From Octopus vulgaris (taxonomy: Eukaryota): 64,000 nt of DNA. The stretch is taken from positions 116,374,001 through 116,438,000 of the forward strand of contig OX597814.1 of assembly GCA_951406725.2 (NCBI GenBank). Direction: 5' to 3'. A model generated the notes under the pieces. It saw only the letters and a list, made by a program, of their open reading frames with translations, was not told where the DNA came from and made no database searches. Below are positions 1 through 14,390 of this stretch, one piece after another. The translations under genes were made by a program, and so were the position numbers. Positions within the stretch are counted from its first letter, which is position 1. Each line of letters starts with the position of its first letter.

Positions 1-645
1 TACTGTTCTTTGGTGCAGAGCGGACAAAAGGATTTACCTTTATCATACGGAAAGGCTCTAGATAAAATATTCCATTTATACCAATCTAAAAAATTTGACT
101 TTTGACTGTCTTCTTACATTTCATTTCCACTACATATATCTATTTAGACGCCTTTAAGCTTTATTTCCACTCATCTGTCGCACTATATTTCTACACTCTT
201 AATTTTCTATTAATTACTTTGTTTCTCCTCCTTTTCTAAATTACCTTTGACGTTAAAACTATTAACGGTTTTTAAAAATATAACTTGTCACTGTTCCCTT
301 CATCATATACGCGATTAAAATGGCTTATTGATGTGTTTTGTTTACCTTTTTTCCATGAAGAGATAATTATGTTGTTTTACACCACTTTATTCTCTCAGGA
401 ATAATAATAATATTTTCTTTGAAACATATGTCGGAAGTATAAAGATTTGAATAACACATGCGTTTATCTCCATTTCTTAATGTATCTATGTAATTCAAAA
501 ACATTTCACTAAACTTTGCAGCTTCTACCTTTATAAGTAAACTGTAACACTCTTGGCACTTATGTGAATTTTAACTACCCTGGTAACTATTTATTTATTT
601 TTCCCGCATTATTTATAAACATTGAAAAAATATACATATAAACAA

Positions 646-714
646 ATATATATATATACTTACATACATGCATATATATATATATGTATGTATACATATA
701 TATATATATGTATG

Positions 715-779
<65 letters not shown>

Positions 780-789
780 GTATATATAT
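646..789. repeat. (TA)n/(TATG)n compound microsatellite
   Basis: Directly visible di- and tetranucleotide runs. Confidence 0.95.
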
Positions 790-1252
790 TGAAACTGAAG
801 ACTGGTAAAATTAGTTATATTTTAATTCCATGTTGCACATATTTCCTAACAGGATAGGTGTCGCAAAGACATACATGTACAAAAAAATGTACCTAATCTC
901 CTGTCTGCAATTCTTCAGGCAAAGATTCAAAAATAATACTATTATGATAGTATTATTGTTTTCTGTGTCTGATGAATTTACGAATAGGAGTTTATATGCG
1001 TTTTCATACGCGTATACCTTTGTGACTCCTGTTCTGTAATGAAGCATGTAACAAGGAATTAAATTTTTGCAAAAATTTTCCTTAAAAAATTTGCCTTATG
1101 TTTTGAGATGTAATTACTCTGCAAATAGAATTCAATGGAAATTTTAATTGCTATGTATATCGCATCTGAAAAAAATCACCGATAGACACATATGTGAACC
1201 TGCAGATGTGCTTCCCGATGACACATCTACGATTGTAATCGCGCATGCAGGC

Positions 1253-1257
1253 TATAC

Positions 1258-1344
<87 letters not shown>

Positions 1345-1369
1345 CCTACCTACCTACCTATCTACCTAC

Positions 1370-1444
<75 letters not shown>

Positions 1445-1453
1445 CCTACCTAC

Positions 1454-1493
<40 letters not shown>

Positions 1494-1536
1494 ATATCTA
1501 TCTATCTATCTATCTACCTACCTACCTACCTACCTA
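1253..1536. repeat. (CTAT)n/(CTAC)n tetranucleotide microsatellite
   Basis: Directly visible; produces the spurious YLSI-repeat ORFs. Confidence 0.95.
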
Positions 1537-1604
1537 CCAGTCTGTCTGTATGTATGTCTGTATCCCTTCTGTCTGTCTTTCTCACTCATTCTCTCTCTCT
1601 GTTC

Positions 1605-1639
<35 letters not shown>

Positions 1640-2497
1640 CATACATAGATATATATGTATATAAATAAACAATGCATGCATACACACACGCGTGCATACA
1701 TACGTATATATCTATACACACATAGACACACACACATACACATGCATGTATATTTTGTGCTGAGGATTTGGAGATGTGAGGAGCTATATTGAATTGCGGT
1801 ACATTGTTGCTATTTTCAGACTTTCTTCTTGTATTTCCTTTTGCTTCGGAACACGTTCCTAAATTTCTGTATTCTCTCAATTCATTTCCATTTTGGTGAA
1901 TAACAATCAATGTTTTCTTCAAAAACAAAATGGCTGCCTAGCTTATTATCCAGAGAAATAGCAGCAGGTGACTGGTCTTTTCTTTCTAATCAATTGTAGA
2001 TCATGAACTCGTGTAGACTTTCTATACACCTACCACATGCACATGTTTTTCAATGTATCAGCTATCTTGTGTCAATAATATATATTCATTAGTTCTGATC
2101 AAAGGTATTTCGTCGGCAAATAAGTTTATTGAAGAAAATTTAAATATCGATTATAAATATCAGTAAATAACATTTCTTAATTAACAGCAAACTTAACTGA
2201 TGTATGTTACGACATAGAAAATTAATTTAAAATCAATGAGAAAAGTCATTTAGTAGAAGTTTTTGAAGTTGTACTGAAATATAGTGTTAAGCTGATATCT
2301 GTTAATATAGTTTGAAGTCAAATACTGAATGGCGTAGATTATTCGAAAATTTTTAGGCTAAGGGCCTTGTAATTGAACCGATCATTGGTTTGTGGTTCTA
2401 TTTCCTCCTCGAACAGGAGAGATGTTCAGTTAATGTCTAAAAGGCTCTCTTTCCATTTGGAAGGTTTCATTTTCAGTTTTGCTGAATGGATACGCAG

Positions 2498-2918
2498 TCT
2501 TTTACTTGTTTCAGTCATTTGACTGTAGCCATGCTGGAGCACCGCCTTTAGTCGAGCAAATCGACCCCATGTTCTTATTCTTTGTAAGCCTAGTACTTAC
2601 TCTATCGGTCTCTTTTGCCGAACCGCTAAGTTACGGGGACGTAAACACACCACCATCGGTTGTCAAACGATGTTGGCGGGACAAGCACAGACACACAAAC
2701 ACACATACACACACACACACACTCACACACACACATATATATATATATATACATATACACGACGGGTTTCTTTCAGTTTCCGTCTACCAAATCCACCACT
2801 CACAAGGCTTTGGTCGGCCCGAGGCTATATTAGAAGACACTTGCCCAAGTTGCCACGCAGTGGGATTGAACCCGAGACCATGTGGTTCATAAGCAAGCTA
2901 CTTACCACACAGCCATTA
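2498..2918 (-). mobile_element. tRNA-derived SINE, family 1
   Basis: Minus strand reads TGGCTGTGTGG (A box) and GGGTTCAATCCC (B box), with an internal CA/TA microsatellite and a 3' tail GGCGGTGCTCCAGCATGG...ACTGAAACAAGTAAAAG; many homologous copies in the window. Confidence 0.9.
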
Positions 2919-2977
2919 CTATATATACATATTTGACTATTAAGTTATTTGCACTAACCAGATTTCAAGGGGATTCA

Positions 2978-3032
<55 letters not shown>

Positions 3033-3033
3033 A

Positions 3034-3088
<55 letters not shown>

Positions 3089-3131
3089 AGCAAATATATA
3101 TATATATATATATCAATATCAGCAAATTTAT

Positions 3132-3239
<108 letters not shown>

Positions 3240-4609
3240 CAAGCAAATTTATCCATGGTTGCAGTCATCCTCTTTACGTGATATTGTACCATTGGCATGT
3301 TACAAAATCAAGTAAGATACCGAAATGGGTTTCTTTAGCAAAAATGCTATTATTTCCCCCAAGTAAAGGGAGCCGAATCTATGTAAGATATTGATGTCAG
3401 CATTTGTACCCACGGCAACACGTTTTGTTCTATTTATTATTCCGTTGCCTCAGTGTATCATTCTGTAGTTCTTACTTGCATCTTTGTAGACGGGTTTATT
3501 GACGGTAAAGTATGTTAGTTTTAGACAGAAGTTCGCATGGCTAAACTTTATAAACCTGCGTTTCTTCATAACTTTTGTTCCTCAACTAAAAGTTTGAAAT
3601 GTTCACCAAAATATAAGGATACCAGGAGAAAGAAAGTTTGACAAGTTCAATTATATCGGTAAAAATATATCATTTTAAAAGGCTTAATGTAAAATTTGAT
3701 GCAATGAGTGTATGTACACACATGCGCAGACACACTCGCACACACACTCATACACACATACAGACATTTATAAACATCTGTACTATTAGGTCTAGTAATA
3801 AACCTTCTAGCAAGAAATGTTTCTCACCATATTCGGTACATCATACATTTTGAAGTCAAAGAACCAAATTCTTTTTGATAGATCTTTTTCAGAGTATTTG
3901 AAACACTTTAAGTTACTACACTGCACTTAGCATGTAAAACATATCCGCTTTGAAATCTATATATCACGAAACATACTTTAAAATTAATAGATGAACGTTC
4001 TCTCTTGGTTTTTCGTCAGAAGTATACCAAGAGAAACAATATTTTATCACAATTTTATTCTTCTTTATAGTAGCATATTTTGCCGAACACGATTTAACTT
4101 TCTGTTGTTTTCTGATATGAAACAGTTTTGATAGAAATCTTTTTGTCTGTATTTGAGAAAGTATATCGATAAACCTTGTATACTGTAGAGTATTTCTACA
4201 TCAGTTTACTTTACATATTCTAAGAAAATGGCATCATATTTAGAGTCGTCTCGTCAGACATGAAAAAGTCTTGCTGTGAATTTGGTCGATATTTTAGAAG
4301 TGTGACTGAAAGAAGTAATTTTGGTTTTGCATTTTATTTCACACATGGTACTTTATTGAATATGCTGGAAGGTCTACTCCTTAATGGAGTTAGACAAGGT
4401 CGTGTTTTATTTATATAGTCTTTGCATTAAAACATCTAATATTAAATTTTAAATGGCTTCGTATTTCTTCCGTTTCGCCCATAAGAAATGTTACTGTAAA
4501 CAAAACAATCACCAAACTAAAGAAAAAAATGTAGATATACATTACTAAGCCAATAAATGACAAAAACAATAATAATCCAACATAAAAATACAGCATATTC
4601 AACAACAGC

Positions 4610-4642
<33 letters not shown>

Positions 4643-5556
4643 AACGGTATGTATGTACATAGTGTCTTCAGCGTAAACATATATAATCAAAAGATATATA
4701 GTTCACAATTGTTGTATCTAAAAAAAAGTGACTTTCATATGGACTGTTTTACGAAAAGAATGAAAGTCTGGGCATTTATGTTGTACACAGGATAGGGGCC
4801 GGGCCAGTCAATAACAGAACGTTACGATAGGTGGGAAAAAAGCAACCTGTTTTCGCTTTATCTGAACACGGGAGACTCTTGTTTCAGCTAAAATACGGTT
4901 GTAACATCCTTCCCAAATATTTTACGTGAAATCATTCTTTGGGATAGGAATGACACGTGGGACAATAAATGTCATCTTTAAAATTTATGAAAGAGAAAAA
5001 CAAATGTTATTCTTTTAGGTGGCACCTTTATCCTGAGGTTGTCAGCCACTGGCTTATAGTAATCTTCTTGACATTACGAATAGGTGTTTGGTGCAGATGC
5101 AACAAATGGCAATATATGGTCATGTAAGATCACCATGATAATAGAAGTCCTCATAAAACCGCAAAATCCCAACCGGAACTTCGTCTTTAGAGAGACCTGA
5201 GAAGAAAAGCTTAAAATACAATATTCAAAGTAGAAGACCCAGCTGCTATACGTGTGAAAACAAAAGCAATCTAAGGGCTTTCTGCAAAGAAAGTGTGAAA
5301 AAGCAAAAGTGTAAAAGAGTAAAAGCAACAAGAAGAAATCATCAAATTTTCAATCGGTAAATGAAATTACCCAGTCCTTATTATGCGACTCCAAAACACT
5401 CACCAGCCCGCCTTCATTCTAAGACAGGGAATTGTAAAAATAACAAATACATTCCATTTTTTCAAACCTAAACTAATAACAAAAGTGTTTTATGTGAACC
5501 GCATTTGCAATATTGTGTGTAAATGCTTATGGGAATTAACTTTCCTTCATATTACT

Positions 5557-5618
<62 letters not shown>

Positions 5619-5683
5619 CATCATCATCATCATCATTATTATCATTATCATCATCATCATTATTATTATTATCATCATCATCA

Positions 5684-5714
<31 letters not shown>
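5557..5714. repeat. (GAT)n-(CAT)n-(TAT)n compound trinucleotide microsatellite
   Basis: Directly visible. Confidence 0.95.
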
Positions 5715-5715
<1 letters not shown>

Positions 5716-8300
5716 GTGGAAAGATACTTAAACGTAAAAATAGCATTTAGCTTGTTGAGACATAATCCCTCGTTAATAAATATCCTTTAGTATACTTTGT
5801 GTAAAGTACTGCTTCTTATTAACTGTTTATGTAAAATAATGAATATGTATATTGAATTTTATGAATAAGTCATAGGAATAGGCTTAGTGTCGTTTCTACT
5901 AGTAAAGGCATTTTATTTCATTTCCTAGTATAGGAAATATTGGTTTCTTACTTGAAGTAAAAAACTGAAATATAATTTATTGAAAGGGAAATGAAATACG
6001 TGACATACAAGTGGTACTAAAAATGTGTGATACAAAGGCTGTGAAACTTGTCGTAAATTTGGTATAGACATTCGGACATGTTTCGAATTTAACCTCATAG
6101 GGGAGCGATATTTGATGTGCCTTTTCATGGGTTTTATCTTAGTCATACCTAAATGCTAAGTAAATGAATCTCCATTGGTTTCAACGAAGACAGTTCATCT
6201 GTTCAGTCGACTAAACTAGTGAGTTAGTGGCTGAGTATTCCACGGACGTATGCATTATTAACGTATGCAGAGTCAGTGGGACACAGTATGCCTGATTAGG
6301 CCGTGCTTTTTATTTTCAAAGAAAATCTTCTCAACAGTTTCCGTCTTCTTAATTCCATTCACAATGCTTCAAGTAACCTAAGGCAATATTGTAAATTTCT
6401 GGTCAGATTTCACGCACTGGATTCGTTAGTGAGAAGCAATAATCTGAGATACTTGAAGATGCTCTGTCTATATCAGTGCATTCACTAAAGACCCAATATT
6501 GTCAGCTTACTGAGAGTGAAGTTGAAGCGATAGTGGTTTATGGTGGAATATGATTTCAAATCGCCTTAAAAATCGATTTTACATTTAAAATATACAAGAA
6601 CTTACGCGACCCAAAGAAAAAACCCAAATGTGGTCGAGCACACATCGCAGACATGTGTCTTTGGTCATAGTTGATGTAAGAATAAAAGACAACGAATACG
6701 ATAATGTTAACGGTGATGAAGAGATAAAGAATTTGTCTCATCACTATGTCTCCAACACAGTCGGACCATTTTTTCTCTTGGAAAGGTATTTTCCTCTCCT
6801 TTAGTGGGCAATTTTATCAATCTTTCGGTTTCGCACTACCGCACTGTCTCATAACTACCTTCAGCACAGCCCATTCTGTTGCAAGCATTCAGACCCGATC
6901 TTCGATCTGAGGATAACTTCTACCCTTCCTCTCAACAGACCTGAATGTCCCCTAAAAGGAGTCATTGGTGTTATAATTAAACCATGAAAATATATCAATT
7001 TGTATGAAATGACTAGATATTTCAGTGGAAGAGGCTCAAAATGTCATCTTTGTTTAACACAATGAGATTTATATTAGAATTGTCTAGTCTTATTCTCTGC
7101 GAACCACTTTACGATACACCCCGGATAATTCACTGGGTGTAGAGATGTCAAAATTGTTTCTAAAAGGGACAGTGAACAAGAGGCCACAATTATGGCTCAG
7201 CACCTCATGAGTTCTTGAACTTTGTTAGAAGAGATGAGGAATCAATTAAGAGGAAGGACAAATTTAACATAGTTGTTTTATATTCACTAATACAGTTTGG
7301 TTACAGCTGAAACACATTTGATCACAAATGAGTCCAATGGGATCTAACCCAGAGATAAACCACATCGAAACGATGTCCATTTCAATGTCGATTCAACTTG
7401 TGAATAGTCAGATCAGTTGCTGAAAAAAGCAGCCATATCTCCACTCGAATCTCGATTATGATCCTAAGAGAAAAGAAGCAACATTGAATAATGTAGTCTA
7501 GGACATATTATACTGGCTGGTCATGGATGGGACACTTTTAATTATAGAGTTGGTCGGTCAGGATTGACCTGGGCAACTTATTTGCATATAGAGAGGGGAT
7601 CGAGCCAGTTAGTTGCCTTTGCCATAAATACATGGCAGCACCGGGAAATGATAACCAACCATTGACTTTTCAACACCTCCACTGGCAGCAACTAATTTTC
7701 TATAGTCGCCATTAGCTGCTAGTGTCTGATGGCTGAAATACCAAAACAAACCAACTCATTAAAGTAGTCAAACGATGTGTAAACGAATATTGATATTTCA
7801 ATAACATTTTCCCTTAAAATATCGATAATTCTTTCCAGAAATAACTTGCATTTATATTGATATTGAACTTAGAAGTGACCCTGCCCTGATTCTACGCCAG
7901 TTTTCTGGAAAGATACGGGTCAAAATTATGTTAGAAAATAAGAAAATAAACAGCCATTTTTCTTCTATAAATAATATCCTGTGAGAGTTGAAATTACGAA
8001 TATTTACTTTCTAAAATTCTTTTTGAAATCACTATTTTCAGCTCTGATTATTAATACAACCAGGAATGGTAATCATACTAGTTTTCCGGTTGAAAATCTC
8101 AGAGCTTGTGAAAAATCCAATACAGAACATTCTGAGGAATCGATTTCAGGAAAAACGTCATTGAACAGAAAAATAAATCAGAAATATAAGTTACAGGAGA
8201 AAACAAAAACAAAAAGTCTGAGAAATTAAGTGACAGGAAGCTTCAATATATAAATGTTTTAAATGTTTATGTTCCATTGTTTTATATTGTTTGGTTTGTA

Positions 8301-8530
8301 GATGCTGCCGTCAGAACCTCAGGTTTTCTCGAATCCTGCTCAACCGATTAACTCCGCAAAATCGAGATAACGGCGACCCATCTGAGAAATGAGCTCCGCG
8401 AGGTGGAATAGCAGTGGTCAGGCGTGTCGCGGGCCATTCTCCGCAGCAACGGCACCGTGCTAGGACCGCGGATTGCGGCTGAGAACGCCATTAGTTCAGG
8501 AGTGTGCGACCTGCTTCTCCCTCTCCCCAG
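8301..8530. other. GC/CpG-rich island of unknown function
   Basis: About 58% GC and about 20 CpG in 230 bp by hand count, in very AT-rich flanks; several self-complementary segments. Confidence 0.6.
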
Positions 8531-9653
8531 TTTTATGATGTTTAAAACCCATCCTTTTTCTCCCTTTTTCTGTTTATTTGTTTCCTTGTAATTAAATTGT
8601 GATAACTAATTGAATCAAACGTACGTGATCTTTTATTTTGTCAGATTTCAGAATTTAAATAATGACAGAATAAAATTACATAAACTGTGTTGTGATGCTG
8701 CACAAGTCATGTATTGTCATTTAATAAGCGGCTAAAATATTATTTGTTTAATTATTTTGACTATTAATTATGGTATATTTTTTATCCTGTGGGACATTTC
8801 GGTTTCCCTATCACAACTTTTCATACCCTAAATAGCTTTAATTTCTTTTTGTTTTTCGTGATTTGCTTTCTTGCAACGTTAAATTGTATTATCTCTTTTG
8901 ATCAATATTTTCTCTTCGCTAATGAAGGAAAATATTTAACTTTTCAGTTTATAAAAATAAAAACAAAAAACATCACTCTGGCAATCAATAGCACCACAGG
9001 AACACTGTTTCTCTCTGTACTTCTTCACTGCAGAATATCTTTCGCTAATTGCTTTCGTCTTTAGCATTTTCCTCTTTTGATCTACCTCATTTTTCGCGCC
9101 ATTTGTCACTTCTAGAAGTTAAACTTGCTGTTTTCCTTTTAATCTTCCTCAAAAGAGCAGCTTTAAAGAAAAATAGAAGACATTTAAGTTGACTTTATTG
9201 GGACTTGTGTATCATAATCAAAACGAATTCGTAGTATTTGTTCTGGAAACTTCTTTAAATGTGAAACTAATAGCTATTTTAATTTCCACAGAACTTTACA
9301 CCTAATATTAAACGATATAATTAATAGAGCCTTTCTTTAAATTATCAAGAAGAGAAAGATATAAATTTGGGATGGATTTGCGAATAAATATTTATGTGAG
9401 TGCGCTTTTGCGTGCTCGTGTATATGTGTGTGTACGCTCTGTGTGTATGTGTGTGTACGCTCTATGTGTATGTGTGCGTGTGTTCCGTTTACAAACTCAC
9501 TTTTTCCCATCTCCCGCCCTCCCTATCTTCCAAATTTCTTTCGCTTTCTTGTTCTATTGTTGCAAAACTACCGACAGAAACATTACGAGCACACGCGCGC
9601 GCGCACGCGCTCTCTCATTAACTCGCCCACTCTCTTTTCCCCACGCTCTCAAT

Positions 9654-9750
<97 letters not shown>

Positions 9751-9872
9751 GTGTGTGTGTGTGTGTGTGTGTCTGAATCATTAAAGAAATGCATTTGTCA
9801 AACATTTTCATGTGTTTTCTTACATATACATACGGTTTTATGTGTTTGTGTGACTGAGTATATATTTTTGCA

Positions 9873-9939
<67 letters not shown>

Positions 9940-10414
9940 ATTTCTGCATTTTGTGTCCTGCTAGTTTTTTAAAAAATATATCTAACCTTCTGAAGGTGTT
10001 CTTAGACAAGAAATGTCAACCAATTTTATTTAATCTTTCGCTCAGTGTCAAACTAATAATTTCTATAACTTATTGTTGCCCACGTCGTTTATTCATGGTA
10101 TTCATGCATTACTTTTGCTAATTTCAACCCCTTATGTATGAATATGTATGTCTGTATCTATGTATGCATGCATGTATGTAATCTTGTTAGGAATTTATTT
10201 AAAGTTATTTTCTTTGCAGAAATAAAGCCGGTTAGAAACAAAATAACAAAGCTGTTTTGTTGAGGTTGCGGCAGTTATCAAAGGTTTGAGTTTATTTGGA
10301 TCGGTCGATACACGTATATATGCGTGCATGTTGGGTGCATGCTTGTACTCGTTAGTGTGTGTGCCAAGGGAGAAAACAAGTTTATATGGTTCCTTAATGT
10401 TAATATCTTTTATA

Positions 10415-10945
10415 TTTTACTTGTTTCAGTCATTGGAAGGCGGCCATGCTGGGAGAGTCTTAGTTGAATGAATTGACCCAGTACTTTATTTAACGTTTGG
10501 TAGTTATTCTGTTGTTATCTTTTGTTGAACCGCTATATATATATATATTGTAATTTGGCAGTCCTTACATAGAATTTCATCTAGTTCTTGAACAAATTCC
10601 CTGAAGAGGCTTGTATACATAGATGGGATTTTTAAAAATAAATTCACTAGTGTATATGAGTCGAAAAAAATTGTTGGCTTTATATTTGTTATGTTATGTC
10701 ATATTATATTATAATGTACTTAAATCTTTAGTTTGTCAATTGTTTATCTATTTCATTTACTATTTGTATATATATATATACAACGGGCTTCTTTCAGTTT
10801 TGTCTCCGAAATCCGCTCATAGGGCTTTCCGCGGCCCGGGGCTATTATAGAAGGCTCTTGCCAAATGTGTCACACATTGAGACTGACCTTAGATGCATGT
10901 GCTTAGGGAGCAAGCTTCTTACTACACAGCCCCCCCCCCCCTACG
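10415..10945 (-). mobile_element. Degraded family-1 SINE split by an insertion at 10549-10766
   Basis: Tail half 10415-10533 and head half 10781-10945 match the other copies. Confidence 0.75.
10597..10678 (+). ncRNA. Type I hammerhead-like motif, partly decayed
   Basis: CTGAAGA at 10601; 12-bp stem II GGCTTGTATACA/TGTATATGAGTC (with G-U pairs); GAAA; damaged stem III AAAATTG; weak stem I CC/GG. Confidence 0.55.
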
Positions 10946-10999
10946 GGTGCGCTAATACGTACACACATATGATTGTGTGCATGTGTTAACCACGGGACC

Positions 11000-11400
11000 T
11001 GAAATGGGAAGAACCCCTCAAATGTTTTACACATTTTCACTGATCCTTTCATTGGTTGTATCGAAGAATGCGAATGAGCGCTCTCTCTGCATTGTTGGAG
11101 AATCCAAGTATTTCTAGGTTTCCATGCAGAATTATTGTCACGTAGCCCAGTGCAGCAATCATAATAGGCACACATGAAATCTGTAACTTGGGTATAAAAG
11201 TGTCAAGTTTCTAATAAGGTACCTATAGATATTCTCCTCTCCTCTGATTTCTGAAAAGAAAGTTTACTTACGCTGGACATATATGTAAACTCTCCACGAC
11301 GGTGTACAACTTTTCTTCTATGTTCTACACAACAATATCTGTCCAGTTTTGCTTCCACCGCGTTGCTACTTTTATTGGAATAATCCACCAAAATTCATTA
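11000..11400 (-). mobile_element. Decayed 3' end of an RLE-type non-LTR retrotransposon
   Basis: Frame-broken translation EFWWIIPIK..TDIVV*NIEEK..CPA..ISCVPIMIAALGYV..LEILGFS resembles the restriction-like endonuclease C-terminus. Confidence 0.65.
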
Positions 11401-11625
11401 TTTACACAAGGGTGGAAACGTTCTGGTTCTGGATCTAGAAAGGACGAAAATTAAAGACGATTTAAGCGAAATTTGAGATCAGAAAGTAAACAATTGAAAC
11501 CAGTATTTTGTCCGACGTATTGACAATTCTCCAAGTTCCTCTCCTTCCGACAGTAACGAAACGACAACATCACGTGCAGTAGCAGCATCAACATCAGGAA
11601 CAAAACAACAGCAGCAGCTGATTGG

Positions 11626-11742
11626 AAGAAGAAGAAGAAGAAGAAGAAGAAGAAGAAGAAGAAGAAGAAGAAGAAGAAGAAGAAGAAGAAAACAGCAACA
11701 GCAGCAACGGCAGCAGCAGCAACAACAACAATGATAGTATAT

Positions 11743-11777
<35 letters not shown>
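11626..11777. repeat. (GAA)n, (CAG/CAA)n and (AAT)n microsatellites
   Basis: Directly visible. Confidence 0.9.
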
Positions 11778-11778
<1 letters not shown>

Positions 11779-11779
11779 T

Positions 11780-13255
11780 GATCTAAATCATCTAAGTAAG
11801 AATTATAAAAAAAAAGGTGATAGCTTCCTTAATTCAAACTGTAAGACTCTTCGGCAAATATACGAGGTATTGGTGTAGAATTTTGTGTATATAAGAGTGG
11901 AATGCTATTAATAAAAACGGACAAGATGTCGGCAGTGAAGGAATCCAATTACCAGATGACCAGACATTAAGATTATTGAAAGAAGGAGAGAGCTCTAAGT
12001 ATCTAGGAAAAATAGAACCTGACAAACCTGACAGAGTACTAACAATAGAAATTGAAACGAAAACTTAGAAGTCTATCAGAAAGATGAGGAAGCTGATAAA
12101 GCCAAAGCGAAATGGTTCGAATCTGGAGAAGGCTGTAAATATTTGGGCAGTATCGTCACTTAGATATTCAGCAGCTTTTGTAGATTGGACAATATCTAGA
12201 CGGGAGAATTAGGTGGGAATTCACTATGAATGGATGACTTCCCCCAAGAGCAGAAGTAGCAATACTATACTTGCCAATAAAGGAAGTTGGTAGATGGTTA
12301 ATATCTGCAGAAAATTGCGTGGTGTCAGCTAGAGAAAATAAGATCTCTTATCTAGGTAATAGTAAAGGAAGTTTATTAAGAGCAGCTAGAACAACAGTAA
12401 GACATAGGAAAATAAAGTTAAAAACCAGAAAAAAGAAGAAAGATTATGTGACGGACAAGAGAAGGCTTTGCATGGCGGATTCCCAAAGATAGTTGTAGGA
12501 AATAACAACAGTGAGACATGTTGCAGAAGGTCTGCTAGCTACAGCACAAAACCAAGTTGTAGAAGACCAAATGTAGGAGACTAAATGGAAGACTAAATGG
12601 ATGTAAGCCAAAATAGACAAAAGTCGGGTAGATTCCCATTGTAGGTTATGTAAATCGAAAGAGGAAAGTGTTACTTATACAGTAAGTGAATATAGCATGA
12701 TGGTACAGAAGAAATATAAGAAAATATATAACAACCTAAGGAGATTAATCCACTGGGAGGTATGTAGGGAACTATGATTTGACCATACTGATAAAATGTA
12801 TAAGCATGAACCCAGTAAATTGCTAGAAAGTAAGAAATATAAGAAGTGGGATTTTGACATTCAGACTGAGAATCTAAAAAACCTCATTTAGTATCAGGAG
12901 ATAAAGAGAATAGAAAGTGCCAGATAATTGACATTACAGTCTCAAATGATTTGAAAGTCAATAGGAGAGCTATAAAGAAAACTGTAGAGTACTTGGACTT
13001 TGACATTAAGCTGCGGAGGCTGTGGAAAGTGCAGGTGAAATGTATCCAGGTAGTTATAGGCGCATTAGGAACTATCCATAAAGATTTGAACAGATGGATG
13101 GAGGAAATAGGCATAAAACTCAGTTTAGTACAGCTCCAGTCTTATTTGGAGCAGCTAGGATACTTAAGAGGGTTCTTGGCATCTACGGTTACTTGCTGTA
13201 GCCCGCTATTAGGAATTTTTCTTTTCCAACTGACTAATCTGCTGTGCGTATATGA
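11780..13255 (+). mobile_element. 5'-truncated, decayed R4/Dong-like RLE LINE (RT C-terminus, zinc knuckle, endonuclease, 3' UTR)
   Basis: GIQLPDD..KYLG; WAVSSLRYSAAFVDWT; LYLP..GR.LIS; CRLCK..EES; WDFDIQT; LRRLWKV..VVIGALG; (AAT)n on both sides. Confidence 0.85.
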
Positions 13256-13258
13256 ATA

Positions 13259-13425
<167 letters not shown>

Positions 13426-14390
13426 AGACTGCAAGAGGAGGAAAACTAACTTAGCCATGTCATGGAACGATTACCGTAAAGCGTACGATATTATCCCATA
13501 TTATTGGATTATGGAATGTATGAATCTATTTGTTATTGCATCGAATGCTGAGCGATTGCTCGGAAAATGTATGGCGAAATGGTGGACGGAACTGACAGCA
13601 TATCGAAGAAGTTTACGGACAATAGAAATCAGGGGAAGCATCTTCCATGGGGACTGTCTGTCCCCACTGAACTTTCTAATGTGCATGATACCACTAACAC
13701 TGATTCTAAGGAAAGCAACGGCTGGGTAAAAATAAATCCCAAGTCAGTTCCCTCGTTGATACAGTGTATATTTTCAGTGCTGATATCAGAATAGTGTTCA
13801 GACCGAAAAAGGGTGGTGTGTTAGTCTTGAAGAGAGGCAAAATCAAATGTATGGACGGGCTAGCGATACCGTCGGGGGAGGTTATGAAGCATATAGAAGA
13901 GACGGGCTATAAGTATTTGGGGATATTGGAAATAGATAAATTGATAGAGAAAGAAATGACAGAAAAATTTAAGGATGAGTACTCGCGAAGACTGAGACTG
14001 ATCCCTAAGTCGAAATTAAACGGACGGAATAAGATTTAAGCTATCAGCACGTGGGCAGTTTCACTCCTTAGATATGGATCAGGAGTAAAGGCATGGATAG
14101 TAGCGAACTAAACAGCTTAGACAGAAAGACAAGGAAGTTGCTGGCTAGATATAGAACAGGCCACCCAAAAAGTGACCCAGATCAACTATATGTACCAAGG
14201 AAAAGAGGGGAAGAGGACTAAGTGGATTCGAACACAGCTTTAGAGCAGAAGAAAACAACATAGCATGGTATGTAGAAAATGTCACAGAACCGCTAGTTTT
14301 GGAAGTAAGAATGTCAGGCTTGTGTAGGATGGAAGATTGCAAAGATAAAGCACTGTACAAGCACTTGAGAATGAATAAAACTGCACAAAC
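13426..14390 (+). mobile_element. Second R4/Dong-like LINE fragment (RT domain, internally deleted)
   Basis: DYRKAYD..W; IFHGDCLSPL; KRGK..GYKYLGILE; KSKLNGRNKI; the YxDD segment is missing near 13730. Confidence 0.85.

Noticed and set aside
1148-1664. ORFs of 139-166 aa and the many similar YI/HT/CV/poly-I/poly-S ORFs across the window
   Set aside because: Translations of microsatellites that lack stop codons; no domain content
5191-5360. Possible host exon (open K/R/C-rich frame after TTTAG, ending G|GTAAAT)
   Set aside because: No recognisable homology, and its splice phase does not match the next candidate at 8042; needs RNA-seq
8042-8229. Possible terminal coding exon after TTTTCAG
   Set aside because: Short A-rich frame with no recognisable protein similarity; cannot be supported from sequence alone
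8297-8530. Identification of the GC island as telomerase RNA, 7SK, RNase MRP/P or U17
   Set aside because: No CTAACCCT template, no GATC pair, no GAAAGTC P4 motif and no correctly placed U17 motifs; only superficial resemblances
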